A stretch of 32,000 nucleotides of DNA from Demequinaceae bacterium (lineage in GTDB: Bacteria > Actinomycetota > Actinomycetes > Actinomycetales > Demequinaceae), in assembly GCA_965250005.1 (NCBI GenBank), contig OZ252279.1, positions 570,001 to 602,000 on the forward strand, in the 5' to 3' direction. A model generated the notes under the pieces. That model had not been told where the DNA came from. It searched no databases and saw nothing but the letters and a program-made list of their open reading frames with translations. Shown piece by piece: positions 1 through 8,741 of the stretch; position 1 is the stretch's first letter, and the number at the start of each line of letters is the position of its first letter. The position numbers and the translations under genes are program-made.

Positions 1-706
1 CAACCGCGTCAAGGAATCCCGCGTCATCCGAGCGAATCTTGGCGAGCTCAAGGATCGCAGAGGCGGCATCTTCTGAAACGCCTTGCCCCGCAATCTCTTT
101 CGCAACGCCCTCGGGGCCGAGTTTCGCGAGTTTGTCGACGCTGCGAAGCGCGCCCGCGACATCCTCGACTCCGACGCCGGTGTAGAACCCCTCGACCAAC
201 TTGCGATTGTTGACGTGCATGCGCACGGGCGGGATCGGAAGCTTGGACAACGCGCTCGCCATCACCGCCGCGACCTCAACGTCAACGTGCAGAGGGAGCG
301 TCTCGCGGCCAACGACGTCGATATCCGCTTGGTAGAACTCCCGGAAGCGACCGTCCTGCGGCCGCTCTCCTCTCCACACCTTCTGTACCTGATAGCGGCG
401 AAATGGGAACTGGAGCTGGCCCTGAAACTCTTCCACGTACCGCGCGAAGGGCACCGTCAGATCGAAGTGCAGCCCGAGCTTTGATTTCTCCGCGCCGTCT
501 GAGTTGAGGCGACGCAGCGCATAGATCTCTTTTGCGGCTTCGCTATCCCCCGCCAGTCGACTCACCGGCTCAACCGCGCGCGTCTCAATTTCGGCAAATC
601 CGTGAAGCTCAAACTCGCCCCGAAGTACGTCGAGAATGTGCCGCTCAATGATTCTTTGTTGGGGCGTCCATTCGGGAAAACCAGACAGTGGGGCGGTTCG
701 GCTCAT
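1..706 (-). CDS. hisS: Histidine--tRNA ligase, N-terminal ~235 codons (3' end lies beyond the window start)
   Basis: My own minus-strand translation from ATG at 706-704 reads MSRTAPLSGFPEWTPQQRIIERHILDVLRGEFELHGFAEIETRAVEP...FRRYQVQKVWRGERPQDGRFREFYQADIDVVG. This is HisS-like, with a class II motif-2-like region. It is absent from the ORF track because it runs off the window. hisS next to ppiase/rel is the conserved actinobacterial neighbourhood. Confidence 0.8.
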   Translation of the reverse strand, partial: MSRTAPLSGFPEWTPQQRIIERHILDVLRGEFELHGFAEIETRAVEPVSRLAGDSEAAKEIYALRRLNSDGAEKSKLGLHFDLTVPFARYVEEFQGQLQFPFRRYQVQKVWRGERPQDGRFREFYQADIDVVGRETLPLHVDVEVAAVMASALSKLPIPPVRMHVNNRKLVEGFYTGVGVEDVAGALRSVDKLAKLGPEGVAKEIAGQGVSEDAASAILELAKIRSDDAGFLDAV

Positions 707-766
707 GGGCACATCCTTCCACCTCAACCCGCTTAGACTGTCGAGGCGACACCCACCGGAGGGCTG

Positions 767-1531
767 ATGTCTACGAAGAAGCAAGCGCGCGCGGCCGAAA
801 AGCGCCGCCACGAGCAACTGGCGGCAAAGGCCGAGAGTCGTTCGACGGCTCGCCAGCGCCGCATCAAAGTCGTTGGCGTCATTGCCGCGGTCGCCATCGT
901 CGGGAGCTTTGTTGGCTTTGGCGCTGTCGCGCTGTTCCCAACGGATTCAACAACGCCCGACGACGGAACCGATTCTGAGGGCGGAGCCACCGACCCCATC
1001 CCCGGCGAAGCCCCGGCGCCCAGCGTGGCCGAAGGCCGCGAGTGGACCGCCCAGATCGACACCAGCCAGGGCCCGCTTACCATCTCGCTTGACGGCTCTG
1101 CTGCTCCGCAGGCGGTGGCGTCCTTCGTCACCCTCGCGAAGGCCGGCTACTTCGACGGCACCACGTGCCACCGCCTGGTCACAGCGGGCATCTACGTTCT
1201 CCAGTGTGGCGACCCAACTGCCACTGGAACCGGCGGCCCGGGCTACAACTTTGGGCCCATCGAGAATGCCCCCGCAGACGACCTTTATCGTGCGGGTACG
1301 TTCGCAATGGCGCGTCAAGGCGGAGACGGCGAATCTATGGGAAGCCAGTTCTTCATCGTATTCGAGGACTCGGTCATTCCCTCAGACGGAGCCGGCGGCT
1401 ACACCGTGTTTGGCACTGTGACCGACGGCATCGCTATTGTTGAGACTGTCGCCAGAGAGGGCACCGTAACGGGTGGTCCTGACGGCGCGCCCGCCCTGCC
1501 CGTCGTCTTAAACGAGGTGTCCGTGTCATGA
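767..1531 (+). CDS. Cyclophilin-type peptidyl-prolyl cis-trans isomerase with N-terminal membrane anchor and Pro/Asp/Thr-rich linker
   Basis: 254 aa. The C-terminal domain (CHRLV...LQCGDPTATGTGGPGYNFGPIEN...FAMARQG...GSQFFIVFEDS) is cyclophilin-like. The N-terminus has a basic stretch followed by the hydrophobic helix VVGVIAAVAIVGSFVGFGAVALF. A GGAGGG RBS lies upstream of the ATG. Confidence 0.9.
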   Translation: MSTKKQARAAEKRRHEQLAAKAESRSTARQRRIKVVGVIAAVAIVGSFVGFGAVALFPTDSTTPDDGTDSEGGATDPIPGEAPAPSVAEGREWTAQIDTSQGPLTISLDGSAAPQAVASFVTLAKAGYFDGTTCHRLVTAGIYVLQCGDPTATGTGGPGYNFGPIENAPADDLYRAGTFAMARQGGDGESMGSQFFIVFEDSVIPSDGAGGYTVFGTVTDGIAIVETVAREGTVTGGPDGAPALPVVLNEVSVS

Positions 1532-3090
1532 GTGCGTCTGAGTCCAAAGTTACCCCCGATGCAACCGAGGTTGCCGCGCCTGAGACCGCCGTAGTTGAGG
1601 AGAGGGAGCCTGCACCTGCACCTGCACCTGCACCTGCACCTGCACCTGCCGAGCCTGCACCCGCGGAATCTGCCGCACAGGACCCCGAGGACGCCGCTCC
1701 GAAGATTGCCGCAAACCCGGAACCTAAGACGAAGGCTGCACCCAAAGCAAAGGCAGCGCCGAAGCCTAAGCCCATGCCGCGCAAGGCATCCCCGGTAGCA
1801 CTGGCCGGCAAGCAGAAGCACCCGGTCAAGGTCCCGGTGGTGGCAGATATTGACGAGAAGCAGCTCAAAACTGCAGCAAAGTACGGGACCATCGAAGACG
1901 GCAAAGTTTTCGTCAAGGACGGTTCCGAACAACGTGAGGTTGGGCCTGTGGAGGGCGACGAGCCGCTCATGGCCTACGCGCGCAAGTTCTTCGAACACGA
2001 GGCCGCGCTCGAACGTTTCCACGGCCGCCTTGAAACCTCAGGGTTGTCCGTCCGCGACATCGAGTCGGGCCTCAAGAAGCTCGAGGCACCGCTCGAGAAG
2101 CCGGACTTTGTCGGCAGCATCCCTGCCTACCGCAAGCGCTTCAAGGCGATCCAGAAAAAAGCGATTGTCCTGCGTGACAAGCTTGCGGCAGAACGCGACG
2201 CCGCACGTGCGGTGGCAGTCGCCGAACGCGAAGAGATCGTCGCCAAAGCCGAAGCTCTCGCTGCCAAGCCGGAAAACTCGATTCACTGGAAGGACGACAC
2301 GGCCGCTCTTCGCGCCCTGCTTGACGCTTGGAAGACGGCGCAAAAAGACAGCGCCCGCGTTGGTAAGGAAGCCGAGAAGAATCTCTGGCAGCGATTTGCC
2401 CACGCACGATCCAGTTTTGAGAAGGTGCGCAAACACCACTTCGCGGAACTCGACAAGACCAATTCCGGCGTCGCTTCGAAGAAGGAAGATCTCGTGGCTC
2501 GGGCGGAAGCTCTCACCGGCTCCACAGACTGGGATAAGACCGCGCGCGCATTTCGCGACCTCATGGGCGAGTGGAAAGAAGCGGGCCGCGGCCGTCGCAG
2601 TACTGACGACGCCCTGTGGAAGCGTTTCCAAACAGCGCAAGACGGCTTCTTCGACGCGAAGCGCCAGGTGTCTGAGGCAGAGGAGAACGCGCTCGCGAGC
2701 AACGTGGAGGCCAAGGAAGCAGCGGTTAAGGCGGCCGAGGCGCTCCTACCCATCAAGGACGTGCGCAAAGCCAAGGACACGCTTCGTTCCATCCAGGATC
2801 GCTTCGAGGCCGCGGGTAGCGTTCCGCGCTCGGAGTCAGCGAAGCTCAACGGCCGCATGGGCGCGGTCGAACGGGCGATCCGAGAGATGGACGAGGCGGC
2901 CTGGACAAAGCACAGCCCCGAGCTCGAGGCTCGCGCGACCGGCGCGGCCGCGCAGCTCATCGCGAGCATTGCCGATCTGAACCAACAACTCGAAGACGCA
3001 GAGAAGGCCGGGGACGCGCGTGCGGCGAAGGACCTCAAGGACGCGCGCGACGCGCGCCAGTCCTGGCTGGATCAAATCCAAGTTTCGTAG
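1528..3090 (+). CDS. DUF349 domain-containing protein with N-terminal Pro/Ala/Lys-rich low-complexity region
   Basis: 520 aa. It has repeated modules of the form W-K-x(n)-LW-x-RF-x(n)-FF, for example LDAWKTAQKD...NLWQRFAHARSSFEK and LMGEWKEAGRG...ALWKRFQTAQDGFFDAKR, typical of DUF349. Its start overlaps the cyclophilin stop (ATGA). Confidence 0.8.
   Translation: MSASESKVTPDATEVAAPETAVVEEREPAPAPAPAPAPAPAEPAPAESAAQDPEDAAPKIAANPEPKTKAAPKAKAAPKPKPMPRKASPVALAGKQKHPVKVPVVADIDEKQLKTAAKYGTIEDGKVFVKDGSEQREVGPVEGDEPLMAYARKFFEHEAALERFHGRLETSGLSVRDIESGLKKLEAPLEKPDFVGSIPAYRKRFKAIQKKAIVLRDKLAAERDAARAVAVAEREEIVAKAEALAAKPENSIHWKDDTAALRALLDAWKTAQKDSARVGKEAEKNLWQRFAHARSSFEKVRKHHFAELDKTNSGVASKKEDLVARAEALTGSTDWDKTARAFRDLMGEWKEAGRGRRSTDDALWKRFQTAQDGFFDAKRQVSEAEENALASNVEAKEAAVKAAEALLPIKDVRKAKDTLRSIQDRFEAAGSVPRSESAKLNGRMGAVERAIREMDEAAWTKHSPELEARATGAAAQLIASIADLNQQLEDAEKAGDARAAKDLKDARDARQSWLDQIQVS
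1609..1650 (+). repeat. Hexanucleotide tandem repeat (cctgca) x6 plus one imperfect unit, in frame, encoding (Pro-Ala)n
   Basis: Read directly from the sequence: cctgca repeated at 1609-1644, then cctgcc at 1645-1650. It lies inside the DUF349 CDS and is translated as PAPAPAPAPAPAPA. Confidence 0.9.
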
Positions 3091-3152
3091 GAGTTCTCCC
3101 CAGTATTGCCACCGCACTCGCACTCTTACCCGCGCGACGGCATGGTTACTAC

Positions 3153-3710
3153 ATGCCCATCGTGAGCCGCGAAAGCGTTGGCGGAGCCGCATTCGACAGA
3201 ATGATCAGGGACCATACGATCGCGCCTCTCACGCTGCGCACCGCGACGCCTCTCGACATCCCGGCGTCGCCTCATGACCGTGCAGCCGCGATCGCCTCGG
3301 CGGTGCCCGGACACACTGTTTTGTCGTCACTCGCCGGAATCTGGGTGCTGCTAGGCGGCGCTCGGCCCGGCGTCCTCGATCTGGTGGGGCGAAGAGGGCT
3401 GCACCGCGCTGCGCCCGGCACACGCCTGCCCGGCTGGGAAATCGAGTTTCATGCAGGGCGCGCGATTGACGAGGAGTGCATATCGCTGGGTGAGGTCCGG
3501 GTCGCGAGCGTCGAGCGCTGCGCCGCGGACGCCCTGCGGTGGCGAGACTTGGGCGCTGCCTTGGGGCGCGTCGTTGCGCTGGTCCGAACTGGAGCCGTGA
3601 ACCCACACACAGTTGAGGAACTTGTGTTCGCCGAGGACTCCCGTGGCTTTGGCGCGGCTCGTCAGCGCAGCGCGTGGGCGGCTACCACGGCGTCCGCTTT
3701 TCCCCAGTGA
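3153..3710 (+). CDS. Hypothetical protein, weak resemblance to AbiEi-antitoxin-like / DUF559-associated N-terminal regions
   Basis: 185-aa ORF with high third-position GC consistent with coding. Segments GHTVLSSLAGIWVLLGG and GEVRVASVERCAADALRW recall the SHxSAAxLHGL and RVTSxxRTxxDLAR patterns of that family (from memory, not searched). The 3' end overlaps the convergent rel 3' end by 29 nt. Confidence 0.5.
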   Translation: MPIVSRESVGGAAFDRMIRDHTIAPLTLRTATPLDIPASPHDRAAAIASAVPGHTVLSSLAGIWVLLGGARPGVLDLVGRRGLHRAAPGTRLPGWEIEFHAGRAIDEECISLGEVRVASVERCAADALRWRDLGAALGRVVALVRTGAVNPHTVEELVFAEDSRGFGAARQRSAWAATTASAFPQ

Positions 3711-5940
3711 TACGCCGCACGTCATAGACGCCGTCGATGCTCCGCACAGCCTCGAGAACAGCGCCGAGGTGCGACGGGTCGGCCATCTCGAATGAGAAGG
3801 CAGAGAGCGCGACGCGCTCGCGATTGGTGGAGACACTCGCGGACAGAATGTTGAGGTGGTAGTCCGACAGCACTTGCGTCACGTCAGAGAGCAGCCGCGC
3901 GCGGTCAAGCGCCTCGACCTCGATCTGCACCAGGAACAGCGAGCTGGCTTTCCCGGTCCAGGACACGTCAACGAGCCGCTCCTTCTGCTCGCGCAGAACC
4001 CGCAGGTTGTCGCAGTTGCTGCGGTGGATGCTCACGCCGCTTCCGCGGGTAACGAACCCCTCAATCGTGTCTCCCGGAACCGGGGTACAGCACTTGGCGA
4101 GCTTCACCAGGACGTCAGACAATCCGTGCACGGCCACGCCAGGGTCGCCTAGCCTGCGGCGGGCTGGACGCACTCCCGGCCGCGTGCTCTCGGTGATGTC
4201 CTCCTCGGCGCCTTCTTTCCCGCCGACGGCCTCCACCATCCGGGCCACGACGTCTGATGCCTGTTCCTTGTGCTCGCCGATGGCCGCGTAGAGCGTCTCG
4301 ACATCGTCGTAGTGCATCCCGTTGGCCAGCGCGAGGAGCACTTGGCGGTTCATCATCCGCTGGATTGGCAGGTGCTGCCGACGAATGGCTTTCGCGAGCA
4401 TGTCTCGACCGGTGTCAATGCTCTCCTCGCGGCGTTCGCGAGTGAACCAGTGGCGGATCTTGTTGCGTGCGCGCGTAGTCTGCACAAACTCGAGCCAGTC
4501 TCGCTTGGGGCTGGCCGCCTCGTCGCTGGACGTCAGCACCTCGACGGTGTCGCCGTTTTCTAATCGCGAGTCGAGCGGCACCAGTCGGCCATTGACGCGT
4601 GCGCCAATAGTCTTGTGCCCCACGTCCGTGTGCACTGCGTAGGCGAAGTCGACGGTGGTGGCATCTTGCGGCAACGCGAGCAACTTGCCTCCGGGCGTGA
4701 AGACGTACACCTCGGCGCGCGAAATCTCGCCGCGCAGCGCATCAAGAAACTCGCTCGCATCTGCCGTCTCCTGCTGCCAGTCCGCGATCTGGCGCAGCCA
4801 ACCCATCTCTGCGGGCGCGTCCCCTCCGCTCTGGCCAGACTTGTCTCCCTGCTTGTAGCGCCAGTGAGCCGCGAGTCCGTACTCGGCCCGGCGGTGCATT
4901 TCCTGCGTGCGGATCTGCATTTCGACAGCCTTGCCCTCTGGCCCAATCACGGTGGTGTGCAGCGACTGGTAAAGGTTGAACTTGGGCGTCGCTATGTAAT
5001 CCTTGAACCGACCGGGGACGGGCTGGTAGCGCGCGTGCATCGCGCCAAGCACCGCGTAGCAGTCGCGGATGGACTCGACGAGGATGCGCACCCCGACCAG
5101 GTCGTAGATGTCACCGAGGTCACGCCCGCGCACAATCATCTTCTGGTAGACGGAGTAGTAGTGCTTGGGCCGCCCGGTCACTTCGGCCTTGATCTTCATC
5201 TCTTGCAGAACGCCTACGACTTCTCCGCTGACTGCGGCGAGCAGCTTGTCGCGTTCAGGCGCGCGCTCGGCAACGACGTCCACAATCTCTTGGTAGATCT
5301 TGGGATAGAGCGTCTTGAACGACAGGTCCTCGAGCTCCCACTTGATGGTGTTGAGCCCCATCCGGTGCGCGAGCGGCGCGTAAATCTCGAGTGTCTCTTG
5401 CGCCTTGAGCCTCGCGCTCGCTTCCGGGACAAACTCCCAGGTGCGCGCGTTATGCAGGCGATCCGCGAGCTTGAGCAGCAGCACGCGGATGTCTTTAGCC
5501 ATCGCGACGACCATCTTGCGAACGGTTTCCGCTTGCGCAGTATCGCCATATTTGACCCGATCGAGCTTGGTCACGCCGTCGACGATCATGGCGACTTCCT
5601 CGCCAAAGTCGGTGGTGACCCGTTCGAGCGTGAGGTCGGTATCTTCGACTACGTCGTGCAGGAGCGCCGCCGCGACCACGGTCTCCGGCAGCCCCAACTC
5701 TGCGATGATGACTGCCACCGACAGCGGGTGCGTGATGTACGGCTCGCCCGACTTGCGCTTCTGGCCCTCGTGAGCGAGCGCCGCGGCCGCGTACGCCCGT
5801 TCGATGAGGGCGGTCTTCGCCTTGGGGTTGAGCTTGCGGTATGCAGCAAGTAGCGTGTCAAACTCCGTGACCTCAGGCTTGGAGCGCCGGAGAAAACTAA
5901 GCGGCCCTGACGGCGGGATGGGCGCGTGCGTATCTGTCAT
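3682..5940 (-). CDS. relA: Bifunctional (p)ppGpp synthetase/hydrolase Rel (RelA/SpoT homologue)
   Basis: 752 aa. It has the HD hydrolase motif (AALLHDVVEDT), a RelA_SpoT synthetase region, a TGS region (VYVFTPGGKLLALPQDATTVDFAYAVHTDVG) and a C-terminal ACT-like domain. A GGAGGAGG RBS precedes the ATG. Confidence 0.95.
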   Translation of the reverse strand: MTDTHAPIPPSGPLSFLRRSKPEVTEFDTLLAAYRKLNPKAKTALIERAYAAAALAHEGQKRKSGEPYITHPLSVAVIIAELGLPETVVAAALLHDVVEDTDLTLERVTTDFGEEVAMIVDGVTKLDRVKYGDTAQAETVRKMVVAMAKDIRVLLLKLADRLHNARTWEFVPEASARLKAQETLEIYAPLAHRMGLNTIKWELEDLSFKTLYPKIYQEIVDVVAERAPERDKLLAAVSGEVVGVLQEMKIKAEVTGRPKHYYSVYQKMIVRGRDLGDIYDLVGVRILVESIRDCYAVLGAMHARYQPVPGRFKDYIATPKFNLYQSLHTTVIGPEGKAVEMQIRTQEMHRRAEYGLAAHWRYKQGDKSGQSGGDAPAEMGWLRQIADWQQETADASEFLDALRGEISRAEVYVFTPGGKLLALPQDATTVDFAYAVHTDVGHKTIGARVNGRLVPLDSRLENGDTVEVLTSSDEAASPKRDWLEFVQTTRARNKIRHWFTRERREESIDTGRDMLAKAIRRQHLPIQRMMNRQVLLALANGMHYDDVETLYAAIGEHKEQASDVVARMVEAVGGKEGAEEDITESTRPGVRPARRRLGDPGVAVHGLSDVLVKLAKCCTPVPGDTIEGFVTRGSGVSIHRSNCDNLRVLREQKERLVDVSWTGKASSLFLVQIEVEALDRARLLSDVTQVLSDYHLNILSASVSTNRERVALSAFSFEMADPSHLGAVLEAVRSIDGVYDVRRITGEKRTPW

Positions 5941-5973
5941 GGGCGCCTCCTCCCAACGGTCGTGGGTACCAGT

Positions 5974-7062
5974 TTACGACCGACGCTTGCGGCGAGGTTG
6001 CGCCGTCTGACCCCTGTGCGCGCCAGGCTTGAGTGCCCCTACCTTGACCTGACCGTCCGCCTTGACCACAACGTTGGCGCCACCGGACTCGCGCAAGCGC
6101 AAAACTTCTTCAGTGTGCTTGACTATGCGGTCCTCGTTGCGGCGCAGCGAGACTTCGAGAGGGGTCGCGACGAAGATCGACGAGTAGGTTCCAACCGCCA
6201 TGCCGACGAACAGCGCGAGCGCGATGTCCTTGAGCGTTCCAGCGTTGAAGAGCAGCGCGCCGATGAATAGGATCGCGCTCACGGGCAGCAGCGCCACCAC
6301 TGAGGTGTTGATCGAGCGAACGAGCGTCTGATTCACCGCGAGGTTCGCGAGCTCCGCGTACGTATACCGATGCTGAGCCGTCACTGCCTGGGTGTTCTCC
6401 TTGACCTTGTCGAACACCACCACCGTGTCGTAGAGAGAGTAGCCGAGGATGGTAAGGAACCCGATCACCGATGCGGGCGTGACCTCGAAACCAATCGCGG
6501 CGTAGATGCCGACGGTGAAGAGCAGGTCGTGAGCGAGTGCGACGAGCGCGGCGACCGCCATGCGCCAAGCGCGGAAGTACGCAGTCATCACTATCGAGAC
6601 CAGTACCAGGAAGATGACGAGTCCTTGAATAGCTTTGGCGCTCACGTCGGCGCCCCATGTCGGACCGATGATCGACGTGCTGACATTGTTGGTCGCGTCG
6701 ACGTTGTACACCTCGGCAAGAAGGTCGCGAAGCTCGCGGCTCTCGTCAGTTGTCAGCTCTCCTAGCTGAACGCGAATGTTCTCATCACCCAGGACCGTGA
6801 CGCGGGGCTCGTCGTCAGGCTTGACCTGCGCGACGGCGTCGGCGGCGAGGTCCTGGCTGGTGTCGGCCACACCCGAGATCACGTACTGGCTGCCCCCGCG
6901 GAAGTCGATTCCAAAGTTGAAGCCGAGCGTGAGCATCAGGCCAATCGAGATGGACATGAGAAGCGCTGAGATCGCGAACCAGCGTCCCCGGCGCGACACG
7001 ATCGCATAGGTCCGGTCGCCTGAGTGCAGCGCGTTGCCCCAACGGGCCAGGCTGAATACCAT
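5974..7062 (-). CDS. secF: Protein translocase subunit SecF
   Basis: 362 aa polytopic membrane protein with typical SecF sequence (GIDFRGGSQY..., TILGYSLYDTVVVFDKVKEN). Its ATG overlaps the secD stop (TAATG). Confidence 0.95.
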   Translation of the reverse strand: MVFSLARWGNALHSGDRTYAIVSRRGRWFAISALLMSISIGLMLTLGFNFGIDFRGGSQYVISGVADTSQDLAADAVAQVKPDDEPRVTVLGDENIRVQLGELTTDESRELRDLLAEVYNVDATNNVSTSIIGPTWGADVSAKAIQGLVIFLVLVSIVMTAYFRAWRMAVAALVALAHDLLFTVGIYAAIGFEVTPASVIGFLTILGYSLYDTVVVFDKVKENTQAVTAQHRYTYAELANLAVNQTLVRSINTSVVALLPVSAILFIGALLFNAGTLKDIALALFVGMAVGTYSSIFVATPLEVSLRRNEDRIVKHTEEVLRLRESGGANVVVKADGQVKVGALKPGAHRGQTAQPRRKRRS

Positions 7063-8687
7063 TACGCGACTCCTTCTGAGGCCGATGCCTTCTTCTCGGC
7101 GAGCGTGGGCCCGCCACTACGGACGCGCCCCCTGCCCTTATAGATTGCTTCCCGGCCGAGCTGACGCGGGTCGAAGCCTGACAGCACGTGCCCACCACCA
7201 AAGAACTTGGTGCGTGCGAGCAGGACGAGCAGCGGGTGGGTGAAGACGAACACGACAAGCACGTCGATGACGGTAATGAGGCCGAGCGTGAAGGCGAAGC
7301 CTCGCACGCCGCCGACCGCAGTTGAGTACAGGACCACCGCCGCGAGCAGGCTCACCGCGTCAGAGGCAAGGATTGTGCGGCGTGCACGCGCCCACGCGTG
7401 CTCGACGGCCGACGCCAGGGAACGCCCGTCACGCAGCTCGTCTCGGACGCGTTCAAAGTAGACGATGAACGAGTCCGCGGTGATACCAATCGCCACAATC
7501 AAACCAGCCACGCCGGCGAGACTGAGCCGATATCCAATCCCCCAGGACAACAGCCCGATGGTGCCGTACGTCAAGGCCCCCGCAATAATCAGCGAGGACA
7601 CGGTGACGAGCCCGAGCGCGCGATACTGGAAGAGCGAATAGACGACGACGAGGATGAGCCCGATTAGTCCTGCGAGAAGACCGCGCTGGAGCTGCTCCGG
7701 GCCGAGCGTCGCCGAGACCTGGAGCGTGCTCTGAACCTCGAGCGTGAGCGGTAGTGCGCCGAAGCGCAGCTGGTTGGCGAGGTCTTCCGCCGACTCGGGC
7801 GTGGTGAAGTTTCCACTGATCTGGGCCGAGCCCCCGGAGATGTGGGCTTGCACGCTCGGCGCTGATATGACTACCCCGTCGAGCACCATTGCGAACCTGT
7901 TGCGGTCCCCCGTCAGATCAAAGAGGCGGCGGGTGATGTCGCTAAACGCTCCCGAGCCGTCTCCGGTGAACTCGATGCGCACCTCGTAACTGTTGGGAAC
8001 GACGATGCCGTTGCCACGCAGTTCCGGCCCGGAGTTGGCCGTGTCGATGTCCAGGCCCCCCAGTTCGACTGGACCGAGGATGTACTTTTCGAGTCCGAAC
8101 TCTTGGCACGTCACCGCGGACAGGTCGGAGGGTTGGTCTTGTACGCCAACAAGGTTTGCGGGGTCCGTGCAGTCCAGCGCGATAAAAGCAGCCTTGGCGT
8201 CTTCAGTGATCCACTCGTACGAGGAAAACGTGCCGTCCGCGACCGTCGGTTGGTTTTCTAGCGGCTCGATCACGGTGGTCTGAGAAGCGCCGCCTACATA
8301 GAGCACCGGCCGAAACTGCAGTTGCGCCGACTTGCGGACCAGGTCGAGGGTCGCGTCGGAGGGCGTCCCCGGCAGCGCGACAACCACGTTGCGTCCACCC
8401 TGCGTGCTGACCTCTGCCTCTGCCACACCAGAGGCGTCGACGCGGCGACGGATAATCTCCACCGTCTGGTTCAGGACTTCCTCGGTAATCTCCGTGCCGT
8501 CGTCGGACGCTGGCTGCAGAATAATCTGCGTTCCACCCGCGAGGTCGAGCGCGAGGCCCGGCGTCCACTTCTGGTCGTTGCCATATACGCCGAGCGCAAG
8601 GGCCCCTGCGAGCGCGGCGATAATGACCGCGAGTGAGACGAGCGCATTCGTTGCGCGCTTCGATGCTGACGACACGTGCTTCCCCAA
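7062..8687 (-). CDS. secD: Protein translocase subunit SecD
   Basis: 541 aa. Contains LGLDLAGGTQIIL, a large periplasmic-type domain and the C-terminal membrane domain ITADSFIVYFERVRDE. The start is TTG at 8687, the first start after an in-frame TAA. GTG at 8675 is an alternative. Confidence 0.93.
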   Translation of the reverse strand: MGKHVSSASKRATNALVSLAVIIAALAGALALGVYGNDQKWTPGLALDLAGGTQIILQPASDDGTEITEEVLNQTVEIIRRRVDASGVAEAEVSTQGGRNVVVALPGTPSDATLDLVRKSAQLQFRPVLYVGGASQTTVIEPLENQPTVADGTFSSYEWITEDAKAAFIALDCTDPANLVGVQDQPSDLSAVTCQEFGLEKYILGPVELGGLDIDTANSGPELRGNGIVVPNSYEVRIEFTGDGSGAFSDITRRLFDLTGDRNRFAMVLDGVVISAPSVQAHISGGSAQISGNFTTPESAEDLANQLRFGALPLTLEVQSTLQVSATLGPEQLQRGLLAGLIGLILVVVYSLFQYRALGLVTVSSLIIAGALTYGTIGLLSWGIGYRLSLAGVAGLIVAIGITADSFIVYFERVRDELRDGRSLASAVEHAWARARRTILASDAVSLLAAVVLYSTAVGGVRGFAFTLGLITVIDVLVVFVFTHPLLVLLARTKFFGGGHVLSGFDPRQLGREAIYKGRGRVRSGGPTLAEKKASASEGVA

Positions 8688-8741
8688 AGTTCGGTGGATT
8701 GCTCCTTAGAGCCCAGCCAATCTTAGGTGGTTAGCGCAGGG

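Noticed and set aside
1609-1650. Possible CRISPR-like or regulatory repeat array
   Set aside because: The units are 6 bp, contiguous with no spacers, and in frame within a CDS. This is a coding microsatellite, not a CRISPR array.
1399-2022. Minus-strand ORFs containing RCRCRCRCRC / GAGAGAGAGAG runs
   Set aside because: These are the reverse-complement reading of the (cctgca)n repeat inside the DUF349 gene. They are an artefact of the repeat.
4615-5853. 412-aa plus-strand ORF antisense to rel
   Set aside because: Same reasoning. It sits opposite an unambiguous Rel coding frame, and its composition is typical of a GC-rich shadow ORF.
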